Source of the DNA: Podarcis gaigeae
Taxonomy: Eukaryota
NCBI GenBank assembly: GCA_964106915.2
Contig: OZ066922.1
Length of the DNA stretch: 64,000 nucleotides
Direction: 5' to 3' (one strand)
Shown: positions 51,408-63,903 of the stretch, in pieces
How positions within the stretch are numbered: the first letter of the stretch is position 1
Layout of the letters: each line of letters opens with the position of its first letter
Made by a program: the position numbers and the translations under genes
The notes under the pieces: model-generated
Told to the model about the DNA's origin: nothing
Databases searched by the model: none
What the model saw: only the letters and a program-made list of their open reading frames with translations

Positions 51408-52823
51408 TACATAGCACCAAAGGCTGGTTATGTTATTTTGGCATCCAAGCCAGAAAATCCCACAAGCGCCTCTGGTAGTAAAAAATATGATTATGATGAC
51501 AATAATAACAATATGTATAATGATAGTAATAAATTAAGTAACTCAAAAAATTGCTGCACTTCCATGATACTCAAAACCAGTTGCTTGAGGCAGCTGTGTC
51601 ACTCTACCTAATGGTAGAACCGGCACTGTGAGGGAACACGGTTTCTCTGCTTATGATTGGGGTGGGATGGAATTACCAGCAACTTAGCACCAATGGTATG
51701 TATATGTGAATTACATGCCACATCCACCCATACCACTAGACAGATGGATGGATGCCGCTAAAAGGAGAGGTGAGCTGCACTGAGCACCAATTGTTCAGAG
51801 CCAACATGCTCATCTGTTCAACATGTTGGGGGAAGAGTAGACACACAGAGAGAAGCACCAGGCAGAAAAACTTTTGCTGCATGTCTAGCATATACACAAA
51901 ACATTTCACAGAACAGGAGTGTGTCCCTAACACAAAAGTTTCCCCAAAAATTGTAAAGTTCTTGTGATATGGACACATTCCCATTCTGAGTCTAAGGAAC
52001 ATTGTCCTTCTACATTGCTGAAGAATCTTTTCTACCGGTTATATGTTAAACTACACACAGACAGGCAGTTATCAGGTCATGGGGTAGGAAACAAAGCTTG
52101 ATATTTACCTGATCCTTACCTGATGAAAGTGAACAACAAAGATTTAAGCTAGACTCCGATACACAGTTACCTGGGAGTAAGTCCTATTGACCTTAACAGG
52201 ATTTATTTCTGAGTAGACATGCATAGGGCTGAAACTCAAAGGGCTCTAGTGCATATCGGAGACCTACCCAACATCTTCACTGAAAGCAAAAGTAGGGACT
52301 AAATAAATAGAGTATTTGACCAGATCTACATGCCAATGAACAAAGCCTTGTAAATACAATTGGAATGTATATCATGGGGTTATGGGACCATGTGGGTGAA
52401 AGTCAAGGCTTAAATTACGAGAAACAAATACAAATCCTTAAAAGGTACAAAATTTAGCTTTTTAAAATATTTATTTCAGAGTTGGTAATATTAGATCATT
52501 ATTAGAAAAGCTAAAAAAGCTGAAAAATGAGTACCATATTTTTCCTTCTATAACACGCAGATTTTTTCTTCTAAAAAGGAAGGGGAAATGTCTGTGCGTG
52601 TTATAGAGAGAATGTGTGGTCCATGGAGCCGAAAAATCATGCAAAAATCAAATCGCGGCGCTGCACGCTGCACGGAGAAGCAAAACCTGAAAAGAGGAAG
52701 CGGCTGCTTTCCTGCATTCTGCCTCAGGGTCTTACTGCCCAGCCTCCTCTGTTTCGTTGCTGTGTTTGCTGAAACGGAACAAAGAGCAGGGAAAGCCCCT
52801 CCCCTCCAGGCAAGCTCCGGTGC

Positions 52824-53003
52824 NNNNNNNNNNNNNNNNNNNNNNNNNNNNNNNNNNNNNNNNNNNNNNNNNNNNNNNNNNNNNNNNNNNNNNNNNNNNN
52901 NNNNNNNNNNNNNNNNNNNNNNNNNNNNNNNNNNNNNNNNNNNNNNNNNNNNNNNNNNNNNNNNNNNNNNNNNNNNNNNNNNNNNNNNNNNNNNNNNNNN
53001 NNN
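52824..53003. other. Assembly gap (180 N)
   Basis: Run of n. Confidence 1.
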
Positions 53004-53120
53004 GAAACTTTTGCCTTTCTTTCCTCCCTCCCGTTAAATCCCTCTCCTGCATTCTTAGCCAGCTGCTTCTCTGCACACCCCTCTAATGCCCCTTCTTTGT
53101 TTTTCCTTCGCTCCCCACTT

Positions 53121-54740
53121 AAAATGTGGTTACAAAGCATGGATCCTCAGGACCTTTGCATTGGGTCACCCCAAATTCACCATCAGATCACATAGCATGT
53201 CCATGGCTACAGCCTGCACCAAAAAAATCAAGCACCCACTGTTGCCTGGGGCTGCAATGGTGCAAAAATGTGGTTAAAAAGCATGGATCCACAGGGATTC
53301 TCAGGATCCTTGCATTGGGTCACCCCAAATTCACCATCAGATCACATAGCATGTCCATGGCTACAGCCTGCACCAAAAAAATCACGCACCCACTGTTGCC
53401 TGGGGCTGCAATGGTGCAAAAATGTGGTTAAAAAGCATGGATCCACAGGGATTCTCAGGATTTTGGCATTGGGTCACCCCAAATTCACCATCAGAGCACA
53501 TAGCATGTCCATGGCTACAGCCTGCCCCCCCAAAAATCACGCACCCACTGTTGCCTGGGGCTGCAATGGTGCAAAAACGTGGTTACAAACCATGGATCCA
53601 CATGGATCCTCAGGACCTTTGCATTGGGTCAGCCCAAATTCACCATCAGAGCACATAGCATGTCCATGGCTACAGCCTGCCCCCCCCCCAAAACCACGCA
53701 CCCACTGTTGCCTGGGGCTGCAATGGTGCAAAAATGTGGTTAAAAAGCATGGATCCACAGGAATTCTCAGGATTTTGGCATTGGATCACCCCAAATTCAC
53801 CATCAGATCACATAGCATGTCCATGGCAACAGCCTGCCCCCCCAAAATCACGCACCCACTGTTGCCTGGGGCTGCAATTGTGCAAAAATGTGGTTAAAAA
53901 GCATGGATCCACAGGAATTCTCAGGATTTTGGCATTGGGTCACCCCAAATTCACCATCAGATCACATAGCATGTCCATGGCTACAGCCTGCCCCCCCCAA
54001 ATCACATACCCACTGTTGCCTGGGGCTGCAATGGTGCAAAAACGTGGTTACAAACCATGGATCCGCATGGATCCTCAGGATCTTTGCATTGGGTCAGCCC
54101 AAATTCACCATCAGAGCACATAGCATGTCCATGGCTACAGCCTGCCCCCCAAAAATCACGCACCCACTGTTGCCTGGGGCTGCAATGGTGCAAAAATGTG
54201 GTTAAAAAGCATGGATCCACAGGAATTCTCAGGATTTTGGCATTGGGTCACCCCAAATTCACCATCAGATCACATAGCATGTCCATGGCTACAGCCGGCC
54301 CCCCAAAATCACGCACCCACTGTTGCCTGGGGCTGCAATGGTGCAAAAATGTGTTTAAAAAGCATGGATCCACAGGAATTCTCAGGATTTTGGCATTGGG
54401 TCACCCCAAATTCACCATCAGATCACATAGCATGTCCATGGCTACAGCCTGCCCCCCCCCAAATCACATACCCACTGTTGCCTGGGGCTGCAATGGTGCA
54501 AAAACGTGGTTACAAACCATGGATCCACATGGATCCTCAGGATCTTTGCATTGGGTCAGCCCAAATTCACCATCAGAGCACATAGCATGTCCATGGCTAC
54601 AGCCTGCCCCCCAAAAATCACGCACCCACTGTTGCCTGGGGCTGCAATGGTGCAAAAACGTGGTTACAAACCATGGATGCACAGGGATTCTCAGGATTTT
54701 TGCATTGGGTCAGCCCAAATTCACCATCAGATCACATGTC
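53121..54740. repeat. ~154-bp tandem satellite-like array, ~10.5 units, AAB higher-order pattern
   Basis: Unit starts at 53268, 53422, 53577, 53734, 53888, 54042, 54196, 54349, 54504 and 54658, plus a shorter lead unit at 53121. Confidence 0.95.
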
Positions 54741-57552
54741 TGTGGCCACAGCATGAAGCACAAAAATTATACATCCACTGTTTCATTCAGAATGTTTTTT
54801 CCCTTGTTTTCCTCCTCTAAAAACAATGTGCGTGTTATGGTCAGGTGCGTGTTATAGAGCGAAAAATACGGTATCATGTGAGAGGCATCCGCTTTAGTCC
54901 ACTTCGGTTCCTTACTTTTAATTTTCACCCTTGACTTGCTTCAGACATTTTGCTTTCTCTGCTTTAATGCATTTAGAATCCATGTATAAAGTATATTAGG
55001 AGGAATGTGCTTGTCCTAGTAATAAAACAATTATGTTGACTGGAAAAATCTATGAAGAATTGGCTTGTATCTCATGTAGGACATCTAATTAATTTTACAC
55101 ACACCTGATTGGGTTTGTGAGACCTGCTTTGGAGGAGGGAGGATGGCATTCAAAGGTGGTGTCACTCTTAACGTAACAAGTATCACAAGCCCATCCTTGA
55201 GACACTATTTATTCTATACCTTTATTATAATGAAGTTAATCTGTTTGTAAGCTGTGAGTGCCTTTATGAAAGATCAACTACATACTGGTTTTGTGATGTG
55301 CTGGTGCTATTAGCATGTCCAATAGTATCTTATTGCCTATGTGATTGCTACTCATTTGGGTCATTGGTCTTGATTACACTGTTTTGTATTCTCTCAGTCT
55401 ATGTGATTCCTTAAATGAAATGCCTCTTTCAATTATTGGTCACAACCATCTTCCTCCACAGGTCTAGTCTGGAGCTCAAGACATTTTAGGGCGTATCTTG
55501 CAGTAGCATTTCATAAAATCTTGCTCTGTTCTAGTTGGTTGTTCTCAACCTAAAGAATGCATTGGCAGCTCTTTATCTGTTCAGATATACTCATGAGGTT
55601 TTCCTTGCAAAAAATGTGGCCTCAGTCTTTCCCTCCAAAATGCCTATTATGCCACACATTGCAACCCATTGTCAGGCATTTCATGGAATGCTTCAGCAAT
55701 GTGTGGAAGACTAGATATTTAATACCTCTTCTGGTGTCAGGGAGTCTGTTTCCTAGATATTTTTTAGAGTAGATGAATTGGCAGTTTGCCCCTAAAACGA
55801 GCTGCATCCAGCACTGCATGCATAGATTTTCACTTGCACAGCGGGACTTCCCTTTCATCTCCTCTCTCTGTGCCACCCTCAAAATCTACTCCAGAAGGTT
55901 CTCCAATCGCCTGGTGCAGATTTTTGGAGGTGCATGATGTTGCTGGAGAGAAGAGAGCAAAGTTCCATTGTGCAAGCAGTTGTCTGCTGCACTAGCATTG
56001 AATATTACCCTATGTATATTGTTCATACCTTTAATGTGATTTATATATATATATTTTCATTGGAAGCCAGCTTAAGAAACCATGATAAGGTAGTGGTGGT
56101 ATAGGGCACCTAAGCTACTCACTTTACAAGCTACAGTTACTATTATTACTTTAAGATTTGCACATGATATTAAGTCTTATGCACAGTTTCTGAATATGAG
56201 ATTTAAAAGTGTCCAGGTAGATAATTGAGTGAAGTGGCAATAAAGGTCCTCACAAAACAGCCTGTCTTTAAAATTAGAAAAGATGTTCTTTATCACTATC
56301 TGGTGTGCCTTTACTCCAGCCATGTATCTCTGATATTTGTCCCTTGTATGACATTTAATTTCCTGGGAGACTGGAAAGTATGACAAGGTTTTTTTTTTCT
56401 CATCAGATGAGATTTTCTGTCACCTTGGGTAACCATTAGCCTTATTTTTCTTGTTTATGCTCTTTTATCTTTTCATACATAGCCTGTCCTATTCATACAT
56501 CATATTGAGCTAGCACTGGTATCTGTTTAAATTATGTTAAGTATATTAGATTTATAAAACTGAAATAGAGCTTTTAAAGTTCCGGGCTCTTACTTATGGG
56601 ACATCTTGCTGGACTCATCCTTTGCTTTCTATTAGACATCTTTTAAAAACTGTACTGTTTAGGCAGGACTTTGGAACCTGAATTTTCATACCAATCAGTC
56701 TTACTGAAAAGCTGTTAATGTTTTTATGATGTTATTGTTGTGGTATCAGGATTTCATATTGTACACTGCCTTGTTTTATTTTCTATGAATGTATAGTTTA
56801 TTAATATTTAAAGAAAATAAATGCATACCATATACTGTACTGCCTAGTAATTTAATCTTTGCTTGCTGTTATTTCACCTTCTGTCCCCAAGACTTTTCAA
56901 CTGCTTGTGAACTTTCTGCAGTACTGAAATCTGGAAATTTTTTGTATAAAGATCTATAAAATCTTCAGAGCAAATGAACAGAGAACCCGTTAAATCATAT
57001 TCATATTCATAAGCTACCTGTATTGTCTCTGTGCATGACAAAAATACAATGGGGCAGAATGTTTTGCAGGCGATAGGGGAACCAACATACAAATATGTAG
57101 ATAAAGACTTCATAACAAAGCCCTGAGAATACTGAAAAGTATTCTTTTCCACTTGCAGAATCCTATCAAAATGATAATCACCGTTATTTGAGCAGATGTG
57201 TAAATAGGGTATCACACATCATTAGTGTTTCTACTTCAGCAATAAAAAGGCACATAAATTCTTTGTTTTTGTCTTTCTGCGGAGGAGTGGAAAAAATTAT
57301 TTGCATACAGTAAAGGGAAAACATAAAAGGTTTAACTATGACCTTTATTTTTATAAGGAAAGAAATATGGCGGAATTGTCTCCCCTTAATTAGGGAAGAG
57401 CAATCTAAAGGGAAATGCTGTCAAATTAGCTACGGCAGCACTCTCCAGAAGGCAGCATCAACAAATGAATGTAGGTAAAATATGCCCCCCTCCCTCACCA
57501 CCATAGTAAGACATTAAGCTTACCCTGGATATCTGGCAAGACCAGGACACTG

Positions 57553-57680
57553 CAGGTGAGGGGTACCTTTGGCCCTCCAGATGTTGTTGATATCCAACTC
57601 TCACCATCCCTGGCCATTGGCCATGCTTGCTGGAAGTTGCGGTTCAGTAACAACTGGAGTACCCAAGGTTCCCCACTGCT
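57553..57680. mobile_element. Degenerate palindromic hAT-type MITE
   Basis: ggccctccagatgttgttga..caactc..catccctggccattggccatgct ... aaggttcccca. Confidence 0.6.
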
Positions 57681-57716
57681 GCTCATGTATTCAATAATTA
57701 TCCTAAACAGATTTAA

Positions 57717-57853
57717 TATTTTATTTATATATTGCATTTATATACCAGCTTTTTCCGCTAAGGAGCTCAAGGTGGGCTAAGAGATGGTGACTGGCCCAAG
57801 GTCACTCAGTGAGTTTCATGGCTGAGTGGAGATTTGAACCCTCGTCTCACAGG
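57717..57853 (-). mobile_element. MIR/Ther1-related SINE (Squam3-like), internally deleted
   Basis: gtgactggcccaaggtcactcagtgagtttcatggctgagtggagatttgaaccc is the reverse complement of the 19882 core and B box. Confidence 0.72.
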
Positions 57854-58139
57854 TAATTACATACCTAATGTATGTATTATAGCCTTCCCATAAACTACTA
57901 TGGGTGCATATTCATCTCTACAAGTAAACAAATGCACTCAATTCATTACTAATTTGTTTCTATGACAAACACACACAAATGAACACTCTTTTTCTTTCAT
58001 TTTCTCATTTATTTCTTATAGCAGGGATTCCTCAAACTGACAAGACAAATTTCACCGTACTGCTTAGCACATCCAAACATATTGTTACTGCCAGAGAACA
58101 TTCTGTGGGGAGGATAGATCCCGGAGTGCTCTGAAGGTG

Positions 58140-58528
58140 CCAATACCTCAAGGACCGCCTCTTCCCATATGAACCTACCCAGACCCTGAGATCATCTTCT
58201 GAGGCCTTCCTTCATGTGCCCCCTCCTTGAGAGGTTTGGAGGGTGGCAACACGAGAACTCTGCAGTGGCCTCCTGTCTTTGGAATGCTCTTCCCATAGAA
58301 GTTCACCTGAAGCCTTATTATACACCTTTAGGCGCCAGGCAAAAATGTTTCTTTTTAACCAGGCCTTTGGTTGATCCAATTTACATCCTATGCACTTTTA
58401 AATGTGTTCTTTGTGGGGGGTGGGCACTATTGGGTTGTGGTTTATATTAGGTATTTTGTGGTTTTATATCTTAATTTTATTCTGTGAACCGCCCTGAGAC
58501 CCCCGGGTATAGGGCAGTATATAAATTC

Positions 58529-58573
<45 letters not shown>
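58140..58573 (+). mobile_element. L2-clade LINE 3' fragment with (AAT)15 tail
   Basis: QYLKDRLFPYEPTQTLRSSSEAFLHVP..LWNALP; tgtgaaccgccctgag..gggcagtatataaat then (aat)n at 58529-58573. Confidence 0.8.
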
Positions 58574-58581
<8 letters not shown>

Positions 58582-59133
58582 GGAAAGCTTAAGACTGGGT
58601 GTCATCTTTTTAAATTATGCTTATACGATTGGGACATTTTAAACTGAAGCATTGGAAAGTTGTACAACACCTAAAGATGTAATGGCATTTGAATGGAAAA
58701 CTTCAAAGTTATAGGTATCAGAACAGGGGCTGGGGGTCCTTGGGTCTGCATTGTAGTCAGCAAAATGGTTAAAAAATGAAAAGTGAATGAGACAATAACG
58801 AATGGAAAATGAAATGAAATGGGTCTGCCAGAAACAAAATGAAATGAGCAATGTTCGAATTCACACTCATATGCTATACATAACAACACTATTTTCTATG
58901 TAAGTAATGACCTAATAATATATTGGGGCCTGGTGTTTCTGAAATAGTAAAACTTGTGGAGAAATACCCTGTACTACACTCTTCAGGATACAACCTTGAT
59001 CTGTGTCTGCTTGTTTTAATCAAGGCCAAGGCAAAGAGGGGGGAAGAGAAATATTTGCGACTTTCAGGTAATAAATTAATTTTCAGAATTTTCATATGGG
59101 TGGGCTAACCATTAATTATAAAATGGCCAAGAG

Positions 59134-59373
59134 CATGGGTAGGCAAGTTAAGGCCCGGGGGCTGGATCTGACCCAATCACCTTCTAAATCCAGCCCAGGA
59201 ATCAGCATGCTTTTACATGAGTAGAATGTGTGCTTTTATTTAAAATGCATCTCTGGGTTATTTGTGGGGCATAGGAATTCATTCATTTCCCCCCCCTCCC
59301 AAAAAAATATAGTCCGACCCGCCAGAAGGTCTGAGGGACAATGAAACCTGCTGAAAAAATTTGCTGACCCCTT
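59134..59373 (-). mobile_element. hAT (Charlie-like) MITE, 40641 family
   Basis: Reverse complement of the 40641 element; perfect TSD gccaagag (59126-59133, 59374-59381). Confidence 0.88.
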
Positions 59374-60627
59374 GCCAAGAGTCTCCCACCCCCCAATGAA
59401 AATGGTTGTGATGGTGAGGATCACAGTCTTTTCACAGGATAAAGCTTTTGAAAAGCACATCTTGCTATTACCATAACCTAAGCTTTAGATGCGGAAGTTC
59501 AACAAGTATGTAAACCTGAGACACCATACCTTGTGCTAACCATCAGCGTTAGATCAGTGTTTTCTGGTTTCATCTTTAATTGGCTTCCTTTTATCCAGCC
59601 ATAGCTAATCATCGCAGTAAGAACAAACCATGGTGAATTTTTTTTAAAAACAACAATCCCAGACTGAACTATGTGCCGTCAATATATTTATTTTGTTGTG
59701 TTTTTCTTTATCATCTGGTATTTTATTTTTTAAATTTATTGTAAGCTACACTACATTGTAATGAGTATGGTTAAAATCATGATCTATCTATATACATGTA
59801 TGATAAATAAGAAATGAGTATTATTTTGAAGCAGAATTTGCTCAGTATAATGAATATGTTCTGCAAAAAGTTTATTTCGGGCAATACATTTGGACCCTAT
59901 CCAGCAACACCATTCCAGATTCAGAAGGACACAATTTTTTTTGTTAAGATTCAGCAAGAACCTAAAGCCCGCTTTTAGTTACAGCCAAATTAAAAAGTGA
60001 AAAAGCATGGCATTTTAAAAGCTTGTGTTGTGCCTATTTTCCTTCTTTTTATACTTCATAAAAACTATAGCAATGTTATCAGTCCTCAACAAAAAGGCAC
60101 CATTTGTTGTTAGTGAAGAAAATGGATTGAGGCCATGCATACCTACCACGCAGAGACCATTAATTTAAAATAGCCCTTCATTGTGTAGGACCTGTGAGTA
60201 GCTGGACCAAAATTTAGGCATAATCACATGTGGTCTGGAACATATCATGGTGGAACTGTTCATCATTCTGTAGAGTGTTCCAGTAGAAACATCTGCACTG
60301 TTTTGCATCTCAAAGTACAAGAGAGTTTATGACCATGAATTAGCACCATCCACCCTAATTATATGCACTCCTTTCAAGAACTTGTTAGCAGCTCTTTGTA
60401 TACACTCAGTTTTATGTTTACATTTGGTAGCAGCACAGCTTGCAGCCAATAACATGATTTGTGCTCTAGGCATTTCAAAAGACTGGGAAGGGGAAGCAGC
60501 TCATGAAATGTACTGATCCAAGGCTCAGTGCATAAACTTCAGACCATTTTGTCCCTTGTCATATAATTAAAACCTTTATTGCCTTCTGTGGCAAAAAGGT
60601 TTCAAGCATGGAAAAGATGCAGGATAA

Positions 60628-60848
60628 AGTGGGGTGCCGCAGGGTTCTGTCCTGGGCCCGCTGTTCTTCAACGTTTTTATAAATGACTTGGATGAAGGAA
60701 TTGAGGCGATGCTCATCAAATTTGCAGATGACACCAAACTGGGAGGGGTTGCTAATGCCACAGAAGACCGAAGAATAATTCATAATGACCTTAACAGATT
60801 GGTGAACTGGGCATAAGCTAACAAAATGAATTTCAATAGGGACAAATG
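60628..60848 (+). mobile_element. CR1 LINE internal reverse-transcriptase fragment
   Basis: SGVPQGSVLGPLFFNVFINDLDEGIEAMLIKFADDTKLGG..DLNRLVNWA*ANKMNFNRDK, containing the QG and FADD RT motifs. Confidence 0.93.
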
Positions 60849-61792
60849 AATTTCAACAGGGACAGATTGGTGAACTGGGCCACAAGTTCACAACTCCTGA
60901 GATGTAGAAACAGGTAGAAATGTATACCGGTACCTATGACCAAGAAGCAACAGGGTGCCAAAGAAGGCTCTCAACCCAGGGTCTCCAGCAGTCCCACTGT
61001 TCAGCACCACCCTGGACACTCATGGATAGGGATGGATGAATCTGCCAACTGTGGCTTCTTAGAGTTTCTCATTTTTACAATTCAGTTCTCTGCTTTTCCA
61101 CAGTAATTTGTGATTTTAAAAAAAATGCTGATGAAAATTCAACACCATTTTACTGCAACCTTCTCCTAATACAGAAGAAACTATGTTTCGTGTGCACTTT
61201 TTGAAAGCTATTTTCCCTAATGCAATTAATTTTTCTGTGCTATTTTTTTTTATTTTACTAATCTATGCATTTTAAGCACACTTCCTCCTGGTGTCCCTCC
61301 CCATAAAAACACATTTAAGGCTGGGGAACTGAATCACAAAATTTAGTGACATGAACATTTTGAAGGAATTTGGTTTGCATATTGATTCAAAAAGTTCAAA
61401 TTAGGCACTTTCTCATTAAAATGTAAACAACACTGAATAATTCCCCCATCAGTAATCTGACGGGCATTTTCTTTGTGGGGTGTTGGGCTACAGAAGGTTG
61501 AAAGGAAAAGGAAGATTGGTTGCACAAGCCGCCTTCCACTCTCACAATGATTTGATACAACCCACTCAAAACTATTCTATGATGTTGATGATATTGGTTG
61601 ACTTGGTGCTGAGTCTTGGCCAATTCATCTCTGTACATGGAGCTAAGTTCCTGCAGTGGAACTGGGAAACATACAAGTAAATTCAAAGAGATGAGCATAG
61701 TGCAGTGTGCAGTATTTTGTTTTCTTTTGTTTCAAACTTTCCTGTTCACTTTACATTGATCTTGTGGCAAGGACAATGCTGTGTTTCTAAAG

Positions 61793-61928
61793 CAGTGTTT
61801 CCCAACCTTGTGCCTCCAGATGTTTTTGGCCTACAACTCCCATCATCCCTGACCACTGGTCTTGCTAGCTAGGGATGATGGGAGTTGTAGGCCAAAAACA
61901 TCTGGAGGCACAAGGTTGGGAAACACTG
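61793..61928. mobile_element. Palindromic hAT-type MITE, young
   Basis: Perfect 58-bp inverted arms (61793-61850, 61871-61928) with a 20-nt loop; perfect TSD ttctaaag (61785-61792, 61929-61936). Confidence 0.95.
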
Positions 61929-62301
61929 TTCTAAAGGGCTTCTTGGAAAGTTTAAGTTCATTCACAATCTTATGAATATGTTTAATCTTAAGAATCACTT
62001 GCAGTGTCCTTCTAGTTGGTGAAATCAGCAGCTGCTGCTGTACCCAGGTATAGAACATGCTGTTTAGGTAAGGTAGAATGTCATTCTTGCTCAAGCTGTG
62101 AACTCTCTAAATGCACCTTCCCCCTGCGCAAGTCAAATATGTTATACAATCCACAATATTTTTTCCCCAATGCAATGAGAGTACAGAAATTATACACAGC
62201 TTCACTTTTTGATCTGAAATCTTTCACATGTAGTTTTTGCAATAAAGTTTCACACACTGTGAGAGTAATCATACTGAAGTTAATGGAACACAGCATAGTG
62301 T

Positions 62302-62585
62302 CAGTGCCGGATTTACGTATAAACTGAGCAAGCTATAGCTTAGGGCCCCACTCCCCCCCCACTCCCCCCCCCGCTATTAATATACTTACTAAGTTCAACA
62401 ATTACTTTTATAAAATACATATTTTGTTATGTTCAAATGGCTTTAGATGCCTATTAGGTCCATAAATTACCATATAGCAGATATTCAACACAAAAAAACT
62501 AGCAATGATTTGTTGTTTACAAAGGACAGCTGGGCATATATAGGGCCCCATTACCTTCAGTAGCTTAGAGTTTCATCAAACCCTG
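62302..62585. mobile_element. hAT (Tip100-like) MITE
   Basis: cagtgccggattt start, ..ccctg end (right TIR partly deleted); perfect TSD catagtgt (62294-62301, 62586-62593). Confidence 0.85.
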
Positions 62586-63657
62586 CATAGTGTGCTCAGA
62601 ATATTTTTGGCCACATGACTTCCAACAATGTATATAAATATATAAATATTAAAGTTATATAAATATTACAGTTTCTTGCCACATGCCAAGAAAAATGGGG
62701 AACAATGAAACTTATGGAAATTTACAGAATTTTAAAACATTGTACTCAAAATGTGTCTTACATCCTGAACTTACCCTGTAGACAGCACTTTTTAATGTAA
62801 AATCAATAGCTTTCATACAGCTGTCAATGCAGATTTAATAAATATGTATGCATTAGTAAAGTGGTATAAAAACATCTATCTAGATACCAAGTAGATCTTA
62901 GGAGGGAAAATTCTATTATGCATCTCTCCTCTAAACACATACAGCTTTGTTCTGCATAAAGCTACACTCAAATATTCCAGAGCCCCTTTTTAATGGTTTT
63001 GAGGGTATTCCCAGAACCAGGAGAGAAAAAATGGATCTTTGACTACAGTCATGAGGAGCATAACCACTAAGAGGCAAAAGGTTCTGGCACTGATGATGGT
63101 AGGAAGACATAAGCCTATTTCATTTCTATTTTTACTTCCAAGTGAACCGGATATGGTGATCATGTGTCTAAGTTTGTGGTGACTGGATTTTAGCTAGATT
63201 TAAGAGGACGTTCAGATTAATTCATTTATGAGGTGATTAACATGAGAAGCATCATGTAATTTTCAAGGCCAGCTACCTTCACACTGATGGATGCTTTTTC
63301 TTTATGGTAAGGATGAGAAAACCAGAGGGCTTGGACTCCAAACAGTGCAGAAACTGATGGGCTTAGGCCTAGCATTCCATTTTCAGCCTGACAATTAATT
63401 TGTAAATTTGTTACCTTCTAAACTAAACAGCTCCCTAATTTACCATATCTCTGCCACTTAAATAGATACACACATAAATTTCTTTGTATGCCACCTTTCC
63501 GTAATTCAAACTATGCTCAAGGCAGCTAACAACATGAAAAAATACATAATTACAAACCTAACAAAAGTAGTTATAAAGAATAAATAAAACACTGAACGTA
63601 CAAATTAAATTGTTTCCACATAAATCATATTAAGTTCTAAAATAAAGATACAAAAAC

Positions 63658-63903
63658 TGTTATGTACTGAAGTTCTCACCCTGGACCAGCAGGGGGATAC
63701 TGTAGATAGTTATGCAAATGAAGGATCGAAAGTGACGTTCAGTGATTGGCTAGTTACAGAAAATGGTTACTGTTGCATTCTAGTGGAGCTCTATATAAGC
63801 AGGCTGACTGAGCTCCTCAGTTCAGTTCTGTTCCAGCTTACAAATAAAGAGCTGCTTTGGAAGAATTGCTGTGTCGTCTGATATGTTCGCCCACAACTTA
63901 ACA
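63658..63903 (+). mobile_element. Solo LTR, 246 bp (14235 family)
   Basis: TGTTA...TTAACA; flanks aaaac / aaaaa; TATATAA at 63792-63798; AATAAA at 63843-63848. Confidence 0.87.
63712..63798 (+). promoter_or_regulatory. LTR U3 promoter cassette: octamer, CRE half-site, inverted CCAAT, TATA
   Basis: ATGCAAAT 63712-63719, TGACGT 63733-63738, ATTGG 63745-63749, TATATAA 63792-63798. Confidence 0.6.

Larger units (their letters stand above)
52534..54871. mobile_element. Non-autonomous Tc1/mariner element (Tc2-like CCGTA termini) containing a tandem array
   Basis: 26-bp TIR ccatatttttccttctataacacgca vs reverse complement ccgtatttttcgctctataacacgca (23/26); TA at 52532-52533 and 54872-54873; internal gtgcgtgttatag repeats. 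Confidence 0.85.

Noticed and set aside
52588-53140. ORFs spanning X runs
   Set aside because: Artefact of the N gap.
53086-54857. Long repetitive ORFs (up to 266 aa), or a CRISPR-like array
   Set aside because: The unit length is mostly not a multiple of 3, so frames rotate. Units are contiguous with no unique spacers, and the sequence is eukaryotic.
56874-57215. 113-aa minus-strand ORF
   Set aside because: Non-ATG start, AT-rich, no splice or homology support.
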